Positions 37,840-46,125 of a stretch of DNA of 63,463 nucleotides are shown here, in pieces; position 1 is the first letter of the stretch, and the number at the start of each line of letters is the position of its first letter. The translations under genes were made by a program, and so were the position numbers. The stretch is from an uncultured Pseudomonadales bacterium. GTDB taxonomy: Bacteria; Patescibacteriota; Microgenomatia; UBA1400; PJMF01. Under the pieces are notes generated by a model. It was not told where the DNA came from, ran no database searches, and saw only the letters and a list, made by a program, of their open reading frames with translations. Location: the NCBI GenBank assembly GCA_964432115.1, contig CAYSMC010000023.1, forward strand, positions 1 through 63,463, given 5' to 3'.

Positions 37840-38954
37840 TGAGAAAATATTTTTTAGCTAGTCTATTGTTTTTACTCATGATTGTGGCTTTGGTGACCTT
37901 AAAGAGTATTGCTCCAGATTTACTCAGTATTCAACTTACGGCTTATCTATTGGGTTTTATCATATTTTTTGTTTTTTCAAAAGTGTCATTGGCTTATTGG
38001 TGGCGATTTAGTCCTTTTTTATATTGGGCCTTAAATCTATTGTTATTGGCTTTATTGATATGGGGTCGAGCTACCAGAGGTATTGTGGCTTGGATAGAAT
38101 TACCTTTTGGTTTCCGTTTTCAACCATCTCAATTAGTTATTCCACTTACAGCCCTATTTTTGTCTAATCGTTTTAAAAAACAAAGCCAAAGCGCCCAAGA
38201 GAAAACTTTATCTTGGTCAGCAGTTTTACAAATTCTAGCGATTATTTTTTTGCCAGCCCTGTTAATTAATTTACAGCCAGATTTTGGCACAGCTATCATT
38301 TATTTATTGGCCTCATCAATCTTTTTATTTTTTAACCGTTTGGGTTGGCAAAAAATTGCTATTTTTTTGTCATTAATAATTGTGACTATAACAGCGGCTT
38401 GGTTTTTGGTTTTGGCCGATTATCAAAAATCTCGTTTAACTAGTTTCTTACTTTTTATTAGTCCAGAAAAGAATTTAAGCAGTGATTTCCGTCAAGAAAG
38501 TAGTGCGACTTATAATGCTCGTCAATCGGTAATTGCGATTGGTGCTGGGCAGTTATGGGGTCAAGGATTAGGTCGAGGTACACAGTCTCATTTAAAATTT
38601 TTACCAGAAAGACAAACAGATTTTATCTTTGCTTCTTTTGTTGAAGAGTGGGGATTTTTAGGTTCTTTATTGATTCTAGGAATTTATTTTGCTTTATTAA
38701 GCTTTCTTTTATATTTGGTTTATTTCGAAGAAAATCGGGGCAAAAAACTTTATATCTTAACTATTTTTATGATGTTTCTTACGCAAATCTTGATTAATAT
38801 TGGGATGAACTTAGCCTTGTTGCCGATTACTGGTATTACTTTGCCTTTTTTATCTTATGGAGGGAGTAGTGTTTTATCTTTATTTTTTAGTTTAGCGCTG
38901 GTGCAAAGCATTCTTCTAGAAGGAGATAAAACGCCGAGCTCAATCTTTCAATAA
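37839..38954 (+). CDS. rodA: SEDS-family protein (RodA/FtsW-like)
   Basis: About 371 aa and polytopic. Motifs QPDFGTA and LPFLSYGGSS. ATG 37839 overlaps the ileS stop (TGATG). The rodA-versus-second-ftsW assignment is tentative. Confidence 0.7.
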   Translation: MRKYFLASLLFLLMIVALVTLKSIAPDLLSIQLTAYLLGFIIFFVFSKVSLAYWWRFSPFLYWALNLLLLALLIWGRATRGIVAWIELPFGFRFQPSQLVIPLTALFLSNRFKKQSQSAQEKTLSWSAVLQILAIIFLPALLINLQPDFGTAIIYLLASSIFLFFNRLGWQKIAIFLSLIIVTITAAWFLVLADYQKSRLTSFLLFISPEKNLSSDFRQESSATYNARQSVIAIGAGQLWGQGLGRGTQSHLKFLPERQTDFIFASFVEEWGFLGSLLILGIYFALLSFLLYLVYFEENRGKKLYILTIFMMFLTQILINIGMNLALLPITGITLPFLSYGGSSVLSLFFSLALVQSILLEGDKTPSSIFQ

Positions 38955-38964
38955 GTTTAAGATG

Positions 38965-38973
38965 TGTTATAAT
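38965..38973 (+). promoter_or_regulatory. extended -10 promoter for rplU
   Basis: TGTTATAAT, 11 nt before the ATG at 38985. No Shine-Dalgarno in between. Confidence 0.45.
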
Positions 38974-38984
38974 CACAAATCGTT

Positions 38985-39296
38985 ATGAAATACGCGATTA
39001 TTCAATTACAAGGCAAACAATTTCAGGTCAGCGAAGGTGATCAAATTACCGTTGATCGTTTAGATAAAGTTGAGGGTGATAAATTTACAGTTAGCGATGT
39101 TTTGCTGGTTGTTGATGGAGACAAGCGAAAAATTGGTCAACCAATTGTTAAAGCAGCCAAGGTTGAGTGTGAGTTGATCAGCAATGACAAGGGTAAAAAG
39201 ATTCGAGTAGCTAAATATAAAGCTAAATCTCGTTATCGCAAAGTTCAAGGTCATCGACAACTTCAAAGTTTGGTAAAAATTTTGCAAATTAATTAG
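38985..39296 (+). CDS. rplU: 50S ribosomal protein L21
   Basis: 103 aa. MKYAIIQLQGKQFQVSEGD is typical of L21. Confidence 0.95.
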   Translation: MKYAIIQLQGKQFQVSEGDQITVDRLDKVEGDKFTVSDVLLVVDGDKRKIGQPIVKAAKVECELISNDKGKKIRVAKYKAKSRYRKVQGHRQLQSLVKILQIN

Positions 39297-39301
39297 GACC
39301 T

Positions 39302-40483
39302 ATGTCCAAGTTTTTATTTTTGTTTGGTAACACTCCTCAATTGTCCTTATTGGAATTGAATACGGTTTATCCAGAACTAAAAATTCAGGTTTTTGAAGGT
39401 GGTGAATTAGTTGGTCGTTTGGCGTTGGTGGAAATAGATAAAAAAAAACTGGAGCAACAAGATTTTTTGCACAAATTGGGTGGATTAGTTAAAATTTTTC
39501 AGGTAGAGCAAATTTTAACTGTTGATAGTAGTTTGTCGGAACTAAAAACTGCCATAGTTGAATGTTTATTAAATCAAAGTTCACAACCACATTTTAGCAT
39601 TTATCAAAAAGGTAAAGGTCAAAAAGCCATTAATCATGCTCAGATTAAAGACTTGTTGAAAGCAAAAGGTCATCGTTCTCGATATTTTAAGGGTTCGCTA
39701 GATGGTAGTGCTTTTGCATTACATCAAGAATCAAGCCAAGAGATATTTCTCTATCACAGTGTCGAGGGTATTTTCTTAAGTACTTTAATTGCCGTCCAAA
39801 ATATTGATGACTGGACTAAGCGAGATCGAGCTAAACCGTATTTTAATCGCCAAAAAGGAATGTTGCCACCCAAGGTCGGTCGAATGTTGGTTAACATCGC
39901 TGGTGGCATGTGGGTAGCAGATAATGAAAAGCGTTCGATCAAAGAGGCCAGAGTTTTTGATCCTTTTTGTGGGACTGGGACCGTGTTAATTGAAGCTTTG
40001 CAATTGGGTTGTCAAGTTTATGGTGCCGATTTAGATGAACAAGCAGTGTGGGGAACTAGAGAAAATTTACAGTGGTTTGTCGATCAATATCATGTGGCAG
40101 GTCAAGATTTTCTAAAACAAATTTTCATGGCCGATGTTGGCCAGCTTTCTCCAGATAAATTAGCAGGTCATAAAATCGATTTGTTGATTACTGAACCGTT
40201 TTTAGGCAGACAGACTCCAAAGGAGGCCGAATTAGCCAACATTTTTAAAGGTCTAGAAAAATTATATTTAGGGGCCTTTAATAGTTTTAGTAAAGTTCTT
40301 AATTCGGGAGCTATCATTGCAATTATTTTTCCAAAAGTTGTAGCCGAGCATCAAGTTTTTTCTCTTGACCATTTAATTGACAAATTAAGTGCAAAAGGCT
40401 ACAATCTTTTAGTTTCGCCTCTACTCTATGCCCGTAGTGGAGCTAGAGTACAGCGACAGGTTTATTTTTTTAAATTTAATTAA
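39302..40483 (+). CDS. SAM-dependent methyltransferase (UPF0020/Trm11-like RNA methylase family)
   Basis: 393 aa. Motif I VFDPFCGTGTVLIEA, acidic loop YGADLD and a motif IV variant LLITEPF. The N-terminal ~190-aa domain is unassigned. Confidence 0.6.
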   Translation: MSKFLFLFGNTPQLSLLELNTVYPELKIQVFEGGELVGRLALVEIDKKKLEQQDFLHKLGGLVKIFQVEQILTVDSSLSELKTAIVECLLNQSSQPHFSIYQKGKGQKAINHAQIKDLLKAKGHRSRYFKGSLDGSAFALHQESSQEIFLYHSVEGIFLSTLIAVQNIDDWTKRDRAKPYFNRQKGMLPPKVGRMLVNIAGGMWVADNEKRSIKEARVFDPFCGTGTVLIEALQLGCQVYGADLDEQAVWGTRENLQWFVDQYHVAGQDFLKQIFMADVGQLSPDKLAGHKIDLLITEPFLGRQTPKEAELANIFKGLEKLYLGAFNSFSKVLNSGAIIAIIFPKVVAEHQVFSLDHLIDKLSAKGYNLLVSPLLYARSGARVQRQVYFFKFN

Positions 40484-40496
40484 CAAAAAAGGATAT

Positions 40497-40757
40497 ATGG
40501 CACACGTTAAAGGTTCAGGTAGCGTTACACAACATTCACAAGGAGCAAGACACGGTCGGCGTTTTGGTCTAAAAAAATTTGCTGGAGAAAGCATTAAAGT
40601 TGGTCAAATCATTCTTCGTCAAAAAGGAGCTAAATATAAAGCTGGATTGGGCACTAAGATGGGTAGAGACTATACAGTCTTTGCTATGGTTGATGGCGTA
40701 GTTGATTTTACCAAGCGCTGGGGTAAGACTGTTGTTAAAGTGGTCGCTAAAAGTTAA
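40497..40757 (+). CDS. rpmA: 50S ribosomal protein L27
   Basis: The ORF track start 40428 overlaps the methyltransferase gene. I prefer ATG 40497 (MAHVKGSGS...), preceded by AAGGA. 86 aa with no N-terminal propeptide. Confidence 0.95.
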   Translation: MAHVKGSGSVTQHSQGARHGRRFGLKKFAGESIKVGQIILRQKGAKYKAGLGTKMGRDYTVFAMVDGVVDFTKRWGKTVVKVVAKS

Positions 40758-40802
40758 TTTTTTTCAATTTTTTATTTGTTGTTTCCAACTAGTGATTTTT
40801 GA

Positions 40803-40820
40803 CTGTGAAAACTGTGAAAA
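40803..40820 (+). repeat. perfect tandem duplication CTGTGAAAA x2 upstream of parB
   Basis: CTGTGAAAACTGTGAAAA. Each unit contains GTGAAAA, the same half-site as the palindrome at 26002-26017. It lies about 30 nt upstream of the parB -10 box. Confidence 0.6.
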
Positions 40821-40846
40821 AAACTCTAGGCAAAATTGATATATTA

Positions 40847-40855
40847 TGTTATACA
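40847..40855 (+). promoter_or_regulatory. extended -10 promoter for parB, leaderless-type geometry
   Basis: TGTTATACA, only 6 nt before the ATG at 40862. Confidence 0.4.
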
Positions 40856-40861
40856 TAGAGT

Positions 40862-41689
40862 ATGACAGATATTCAAAAACTTCCAGCCAGCCATTTGCAA
40901 CCCAACCCTTTTCAACCACGAGATAAAGTAAAAAAAGAAGATCTGATAGATTTGGTGGAATCAATCAGAATTCATGGTATTTTAGAACCGCTAGTTGTGG
41001 CCGAAACTCCCGCCGGTTATCAAATCATTGCTGGAGAGAGACGCTGGCGAGCAGCTAAAGTTTTGGGTATTGAAGAAGTACCCGTTTACGTGAAAAAAAC
41101 TAGTCCTCAAGGTATGTTGGAAATGGCGATTGTGGAAAATGTGCAACGAACCGATCTTAATCCGATTGAAAGAGCTCAGTCTTTCGCTCGGCTTAATCGA
41201 GAATTTGGTTTGGCCATCAATCAGTTAGCTAAGAGAATTGGTAAGTCATCTTCATATATTAGTAACAGTATGAGATTATTGGATTTACCAGATGCAATTA
41301 ATGATGGACTACTTAGTCAGCAAATTACGGAGGGTCATGCTCGTTCGCTAGTGGGTTTAAAAGATCAAGCTTCAATGATTGAATGTTACAAACAAATTCT
41401 CAAAGAAAATGCATCGGTTAGAAGAACTGAAGAATTAGTAAGACGGATGAAGGCCAGTCAAGAAAAAACTAATAAAAAAGCTGATGATGGTCGAGGTAGA
41501 CCACTAGCTCAGGATGAAGAACAAGTAGCTACTTGGGAAAACAGTTTGCAAAGCTATTTTAAAACCACTAGCACTCTCAAGGTGGTGCGTTCGCGCAAAC
41601 AAACCAAGGTAACAATTACTCTCAAGGGTTCTCCCGAAAAAACGCAAATTGATCTGGAAAAATTAATGAATATTGCTAAACAAAAATAA
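40862..41689 (+). CDS. parB: chromosome partitioning protein ParB/Spo0J
   Basis: 275 aa. ParB box GERRWRAAK (CTP-binding motif) and an HTH region (LAKRIGKSSSYISNSMRLL). No adjacent parA. Confidence 0.9.
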   Translation: MTDIQKLPASHLQPNPFQPRDKVKKEDLIDLVESIRIHGILEPLVVAETPAGYQIIAGERRWRAAKVLGIEEVPVYVKKTSPQGMLEMAIVENVQRTDLNPIERAQSFARLNREFGLAINQLAKRIGKSSSYISNSMRLLDLPDAINDGLLSQQITEGHARSLVGLKDQASMIECYKQILKENASVRRTEELVRRMKASQEKTNKKADDGRGRPLAQDEEQVATWENSLQSYFKTTSTLKVVRSRKQTKVTITLKGSPEKTQIDLEKLMNIAKQK

Positions 41690-41723
41690 GATCACAGCAT
41701 CCACAACGAGCTTAATAAATTGT

Positions 41724-43481
41724 TTAATTTGAATTTGGTGTAATATTAAAAAGGATCATTAATTTGTCAGCAGTTTTATACCACAAGGGAGCAGCGGTTT
41801 CAGCAGCCCAAGGACTGCTTTTTGGATTTTCAAGTTTAACTAACATAGTAAATTGAGGATTATCGGCTGGCGCAAAACCAATAAAACTAGCAATTGTTTC
41901 GTCAGTTTTGTAACCACCCTGAGGATTTGGCACTTGGGAAGTACCGGTTTTGGCCGCTACTGCATAACGCTTGGAGGCAATCCATTGAGCTTCACCGTGA
42001 TTAGCAGCCGAGACCATCATTTCGGTTACTAAAGCAGCTGTTTCTTGACTAATTACTTGTTGACCACCCTTTTGATTAACAAAAATTTCTTCTTGCAATT
42101 GATGGTCGTAGACTTTTTCTAAAATAGTTGGTTCCAAAATAATCCCTTGATTGGCGATTACATTAATTGCTCTTAATAATTGTAAGCTATTAGTGCTAAT
42201 ACCTTGACCAAAACTAATAGTAGCTAGTTCAACTGGACCAATTTTTTGCGGAAAATAGGTACTACTATCGTCTTGCAAATCTAAATTTAAATTTTGGCCG
42301 ATACCAAATTTTTTTAAATATTCACTAAATTTTTCTGAGCCAAGAAGTTCTGCGACGAAAATCATGGCAATATTATCTGATTTTTCCAGAGCTTCGGTAA
42401 TGGTGATATTGGGATGATATTCATCATTCCAAGTTCTGATGGTGTAGGTGCCAAATTGTCTAGGACCAGCGCATTTACTACAAACAGTTTGTGGATTAAT
42501 AACGCCAGCGTCAATGGCGCTGGCTACGGTTAAAACTTTAAAAGTTGATCCCGGCTCATAGAGTCTAGTCAGACTAGGATTTTTTAAAATTTCGCCTGGA
42601 TATTTAAAATATTGCCATTGTTGATAATTGGGCCAAGTGGCAAGGGCTAAAATTTTACCAGTTTGACTATCCAAAATAATAATTTCACCTCGATCAGCAT
42701 CATAATGTTCAATGCCCCAAGCCAAATTGGTTTCGGCAATGTGTTGAATATCGCGGCGAATAGTGAGAGTTAAATCTCGTCCATTAAGATTTTTTAATTG
42801 ATAATTTGATCCAGCCAATAAAGCTCCTAAGGCATCAGTCCGAAACCAACCTTGTTCTTTTCTAGGTTTTAATTCATCCTCGAGTGCTCCTTCAATGCCA
42901 TAGCGACCAATTTCCTTACCATCGTCATTACGTCCAACAAAGCCAGTGAGGTGGGCAGCCATTGAGGCTTCTGGATAAAAACGGGCAAAACTAGTATCAA
43001 AAGCTAAATAAGGATTGTTGAGGGCTAAAATTTTTTCTTTGGCTTGAATACTTAGTTGACTAGCTAATTGTGGCCAGTTGGCCTGACTGTTAAATTTATT
43101 GATCAAATTGCTTTCAATTTGTTGTTGAACAAGTATTTTATTAGCACTGTCTGTAGCATCTTGAAATTGCCAATTTTCTTGAGCAATAATCGCAGCTAAT
43201 TCTTGACTTATTTTTTCAACATTACCTTCAAATTTTTGTCGATCAAGTTTAAGATCATAAACTTCTTGATTACCCACCAACAAGTAGCCATCACTAGTAT
43301 AAATTTGTCCACGCAAACCCTCTTGAGTTTTACTACGAATTGCTTGTTGTTCACTGAGGTTTTTCAGTTCTTGACCACGTAAAATTTGCCAATAAAATAA
43401 ACGCCCGATAATTGAAACGATAATTAAGCCAATAAAAGCCAAAAAAAGTTTTTTTCTGGTGTAACTCAGTTCGTCAGCCAT
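41724..43481 (-). CDS. ftsI: class B penicillin-binding protein (FtsI/PBP2 transpeptidase)
   Basis: 585 aa. N-terminal TM anchor. Transpeptidase motifs STFK, SDN and KTGT. Confidence 0.9.
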   Translation of the reverse strand: MADELSYTRKKLFLAFIGLIIVSIIGRLFYWQILRGQELKNLSEQQAIRSKTQEGLRGQIYTSDGYLLVGNQEVYDLKLDRQKFEGNVEKISQELAAIIAQENWQFQDATDSANKILVQQQIESNLINKFNSQANWPQLASQLSIQAKEKILALNNPYLAFDTSFARFYPEASMAAHLTGFVGRNDDGKEIGRYGIEGALEDELKPRKEQGWFRTDALGALLAGSNYQLKNLNGRDLTLTIRRDIQHIAETNLAWGIEHYDADRGEIIILDSQTGKILALATWPNYQQWQYFKYPGEILKNPSLTRLYEPGSTFKVLTVASAIDAGVINPQTVCSKCAGPRQFGTYTIRTWNDEYHPNITITEALEKSDNIAMIFVAELLGSEKFSEYLKKFGIGQNLNLDLQDDSSTYFPQKIGPVELATISFGQGISTNSLQLLRAINVIANQGIILEPTILEKVYDHQLQEEIFVNQKGGQQVISQETAALVTEMMVSAANHGEAQWIASKRYAVAAKTGTSQVPNPQGGYKTDETIASFIGFAPADNPQFTMLVKLENPKSSPWAAETAAPLWYKTADKLMILFNITPNSN

Positions 43482-43488
43482 GATTAAT

Positions 43489-43767
43489 TTAGCGCAAAGC
43501 TAAAGCATTAGCTTTGGCTTTGACTATTAGTAAATTATTAGTATCTTCAAAATCGGGATGATTAGCTAATTGTTGAATAGAAATTTCCTGAGCAATTAAT
43601 TGATTGAGGTGACTGTCTTTGCTGATTAAGTATTCTTGTTTTTCTTTAAGTACTTCAATTTGTTGACCATAAGCAATATTTTTACTTAAAGTCGCTACAG
43701 TGCTAATGAGTTGAATCAAGACTAATAAAAAAAGTATTTTGTAGTAATTTTTTATTTTTTTCTTCAT
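43489..43767 (-). CDS. ftsL: FtsL-like small bitopic division protein
   Basis: 92 aa from ATG 43767, preceded by GAAGGAAA (the ORF track starts at TTG 43782). One TM helix plus a coiled coil. Sits between rsmH and ftsI. Confidence 0.55.
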   Translation of the reverse strand: MKKKIKNYYKILFLLVLIQLISTVATLSKNIAYGQQIEVLKEKQEYLISKDSHLNQLIAQEISIQQLANHPDFEDTNNLLIVKAKANALALR

Positions 43768-43785
43768 GTTTATTTCCTTCAACTA

Positions 43786-44703
43786 TTAAATGGCTAAAGC
43801 TCTCAATTTGGCGCTTCTAGCTCTTGGATTACTGGCTAATTCTTGTTCATTGGCGGTGATGGCTTTTTTAGTGAGTAGTTTGGCTAAATTTTGCTCGGCT
43901 TGACTTCTAAAAAATTTTTTAACCAACCGATCTTCTCCTTCGTGAAAAGCAATACAAACCAGTCTTTTATCAAGAACTTCACTATTTTGTAAAAGTTTAA
44001 AAGCACTAGGTAGAGCCAATTCAATATTGTTTAATTCATCATTAACAGCAATACGTAGAGCCTGCAAAGTTTTAGTAGCGGGATGTAATTTACCAGATCT
44101 TCTACCCTTGATCTTTTCAACGATATTGATCAATGTTTTAGTGTAATGTAAGCTGTCGGGTTGATTTTTTTTAACTTTATTAACAGCTTTAGCTATTTGT
44201 TTGGCTTGTGCTTCTCCTCCGTACTCAATTAATACTTGAGTTAGTTGTTTTTCACTGAGCACAATCAATAGGTCTCCAGCCTTGACTCCCAGATCTTGAT
44301 CCATGCGCATATCCAAGACATCTGTATCTTGAGCATTAAAACTAAAACCTCGTTTACTAGAGGTAAGTTGTTCAGTTGAGGTGCCAAAATCAAAGAGAAT
44401 TCCAGCCAGACTAATTTCTTGAGTTTTACTGAGATTGTTGATGACAGCCTCAATATTTTTGAAATTTTCCTTGACTAAAATTAATTTATTTTGAGCAATT
44501 GCTTGTTTAAAATTTTCTTGGCCAGCCTCAATTGCTTCTTGATCAAAATCTAGAGCAATTACTAGTCCACCTTGCTCTAAAATAGCTTGACTATGCCCTC
44601 CTCGACCAAAAGTAGCATCAAGATAATGCTGAGCTGGTTTAACAGCTAAATAATTAACTGTTTCCTCAAGTAGCACCGAGTGATGTTTTTTAATCTGTGA
44701 CAT
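43786..44703 (-). CDS. rsmH: 16S rRNA (cytosine1402-N4)-methyltransferase
   Basis: Motifs HHSVLLEE and DATFGRGGHS. I prefer ATG 44703 over the TTG 44718 of the ORF track. Confidence 0.9.
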   Translation of the reverse strand: MSQIKKHHSVLLEETVNYLAVKPAQHYLDATFGRGGHSQAILEQGGLVIALDFDQEAIEAGQENFKQAIAQNKLILVKENFKNIEAVINNLSKTQEISLAGILFDFGTSTEQLTSSKRGFSFNAQDTDVLDMRMDQDLGVKAGDLLIVLSEKQLTQVLIEYGGEAQAKQIAKAVNKVKKNQPDSLHYTKTLINIVEKIKGRRSGKLHPATKTLQALRIAVNDELNNIELALPSAFKLLQNSEVLDKRLVCIAFHEGEDRLVKKFFRSQAEQNLAKLLTKKAITANEQELASNPRARSAKLRALAI

Positions 44704-45115
44704 AGGCTTGTTCAGCAATAGCTTCTGCTTTACTTTCTAATTGGTCTAGATATTGGTGATAACGTGTCTGATCCCAAATTTCTAGGCGATTCAAACTGCC
44801 AACGATGACCACTGATTTTTTTAATTGAGCAAAATCGATCAAATAATCGGGCAGATTTATTCGACCATTATTGTCAGGTATTAATTCGGTGGCCTCATTA
44901 CTCATCAATCTCACCAAATCTCGATTAGCTTTTTTGCTAAAGCCAACTTCATTAATTTTATTTAGCTCATTTTGAAAATTGGCTTTTTTTAAGAGAAAAA
45001 GACAACCATCTAAACCTCGAGTAATTACCCAAGATTTGCTACTGTCGCGAAATTTTTTGGGCAAAGATATTCGACCATTATTCTCTAAGTTATGATAAAA
45101 CTTGCCAATTAGCAT
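44690..45115 (-). CDS. mraZ: division/cell wall cluster transcriptional regulator MraZ
   Basis: Two SpoVT/AbrB-like repeats with GRISLP and GRINLP. I prefer ATG 45115 (MLIGKFYHNL) over the TTG 45136 of the ORF track. Confidence 0.9.
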   Translation of the reverse strand: MLIGKFYHNLENNGRISLPKKFRDSSKSWVITRGLDGCLFLLKKANFQNELNKINEVGFSKKANRDLVRLMSNEATELIPDNNGRINLPDYLIDFAQLKKSVVIVGSLNRLEIWDQTRYHQYLDQLESKAEAIAEQAYVTD

Positions 45116-45151
45116 TATTATGAGCCTATTTACCAATTTCTACCATATTTA

Positions 45152-45180
45152 ACTATATAGAAGAAAAATCTAATTGTAAA
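45152..45180 (-). promoter_or_regulatory. putative mraZ promoter
   Basis: On the minus strand: TTTACA (45180-45175), 17-nt spacer, TATAGT (45157-45152). Confidence 0.4.
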
Positions 45181-45195
45181 TAGTAAATTTTGTAC

Positions 45196-45214
45196 GGACT
45201 AAGTTTTGGACTAA
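45196..45214 (-). repeat. direct repeat GGACTAA x2 (TTAGTCC on the mraZ strand), candidate MraZ operator
   Basis: GGACTAA at 45196-45202 and 45208-45214 (12-nt period), just upstream of the putative mraZ -35. Confidence 0.3.
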
Positions 45215-45314
45215 AAAATTTGAAAAAGAAAGATTAAAGTTAAAATAAAAAACTATTCGAGAGAAAAATCAATTAAAAAATTGGCAGGAAATATCAGTGG
45301 AAAGTAAAAATTTA

Positions 45315-46121
45315 TTATTTTTTAATGAGTAAATAAGCGTCCATAAACGCAGCGCTGCCGCTAGCTACACCGTCTGTATAGTGAGTTTCAATATTTTGCC
45401 ACTCTTCGCCGTTATAGCCCATAATTTGGACTTGTTCTTCCTTGGTGCTGAAAGAGACGGTAAATGTTGAACTAATGATTTTTAGGCTTTTTTCAGCGCT
45501 CACAGTGTAGATATCGCTGATCAATTCCCCCTCAATCTCGCCTGGATAACCCGGAGAATTATAAATAATTAGATACGAATAATTAGCAAGGCTTGCATTA
45601 GTAATAGTAAATTTAGTATCTTGAGAACTAAATTCGCTTTGTCGATCACTATTGGTAAAATAGCGCCAGTTACTTTTAACGGCATAGTCTTCTGGCCCCA
45701 TGAATTCAGCCAAGAAACTACCACCTTTAATGTCCTCGTGATAAGTAATGGCTCCGCCAGCCGATTGAGAACCAAAGAGTTTTTTTTCGCTCAAAGGAAG
45801 ATCACTCAATTCAAGAAATCCCTGAAAACCTTGAAGCATCGAACCGGTTTGATATTCCATTTCGTAATTGAGACTAGTTGCAGGCTTTTTTAGTGCCAAA
45901 ATATTAATTGTCACATAGTGACCATCAGCTGTTGGACTGAGTTGAATAAAAGGTTGTTCATTAACTGGAAGATTAGTTTTTGAAGAAATTTTTTGTTTAA
46001 CAACGCCTTCCTCAGTTTCTTTGTTGGAGTGATTAGCTTTGAGAAAAAAGAATAATCCACCGGCAATAAGCAAGACAGTCAAAATACTAATAGCAATAAT
46101 AGTTTTTTTCTTTTTTGTCAT
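45315..46121 (-). CDS. hypothetical membrane-anchored extracytoplasmic protein
   Basis: 268 aa. N-terminal signal-anchor IIAISILTVLLIAGGLFFFL and a beta-rich remainder with no motif I recognise. Starts 4 nt after the glyQS stop. Confidence 0.6.
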   Translation of the reverse strand: MTKKKKTIIAISILTVLLIAGGLFFFLKANHSNKETEEGVVKQKISSKTNLPVNEQPFIQLSPTADGHYVTINILALKKPATSLNYEMEYQTGSMLQGFQGFLELSDLPLSEKKLFGSQSAGGAITYHEDIKGGSFLAEFMGPEDYAVKSNWRYFTNSDRQSEFSSQDTKFTITNASLANYSYLIIYNSPGYPGEIEGELISDIYTVSAEKSLKIISSTFTVSFSTKEEQVQIMGYNGEEWQNIETHYTDGVASGSAAFMDAYLLIKK

Positions 46122-46125
46122 AATT

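Noticed and set aside
45569-45893. A 90-aa plus-strand ORF (45621-45893, opposite strand) and a 68-aa minus-strand ORF (45569-45775, same strand but out of frame) overlapping the hypothetical gene 45315-46121.
   Set aside because: Both are shorter than the 268-aa frame and lie nested within it. The 268-aa frame has a clear signal-anchor and tight coupling to glyQS.
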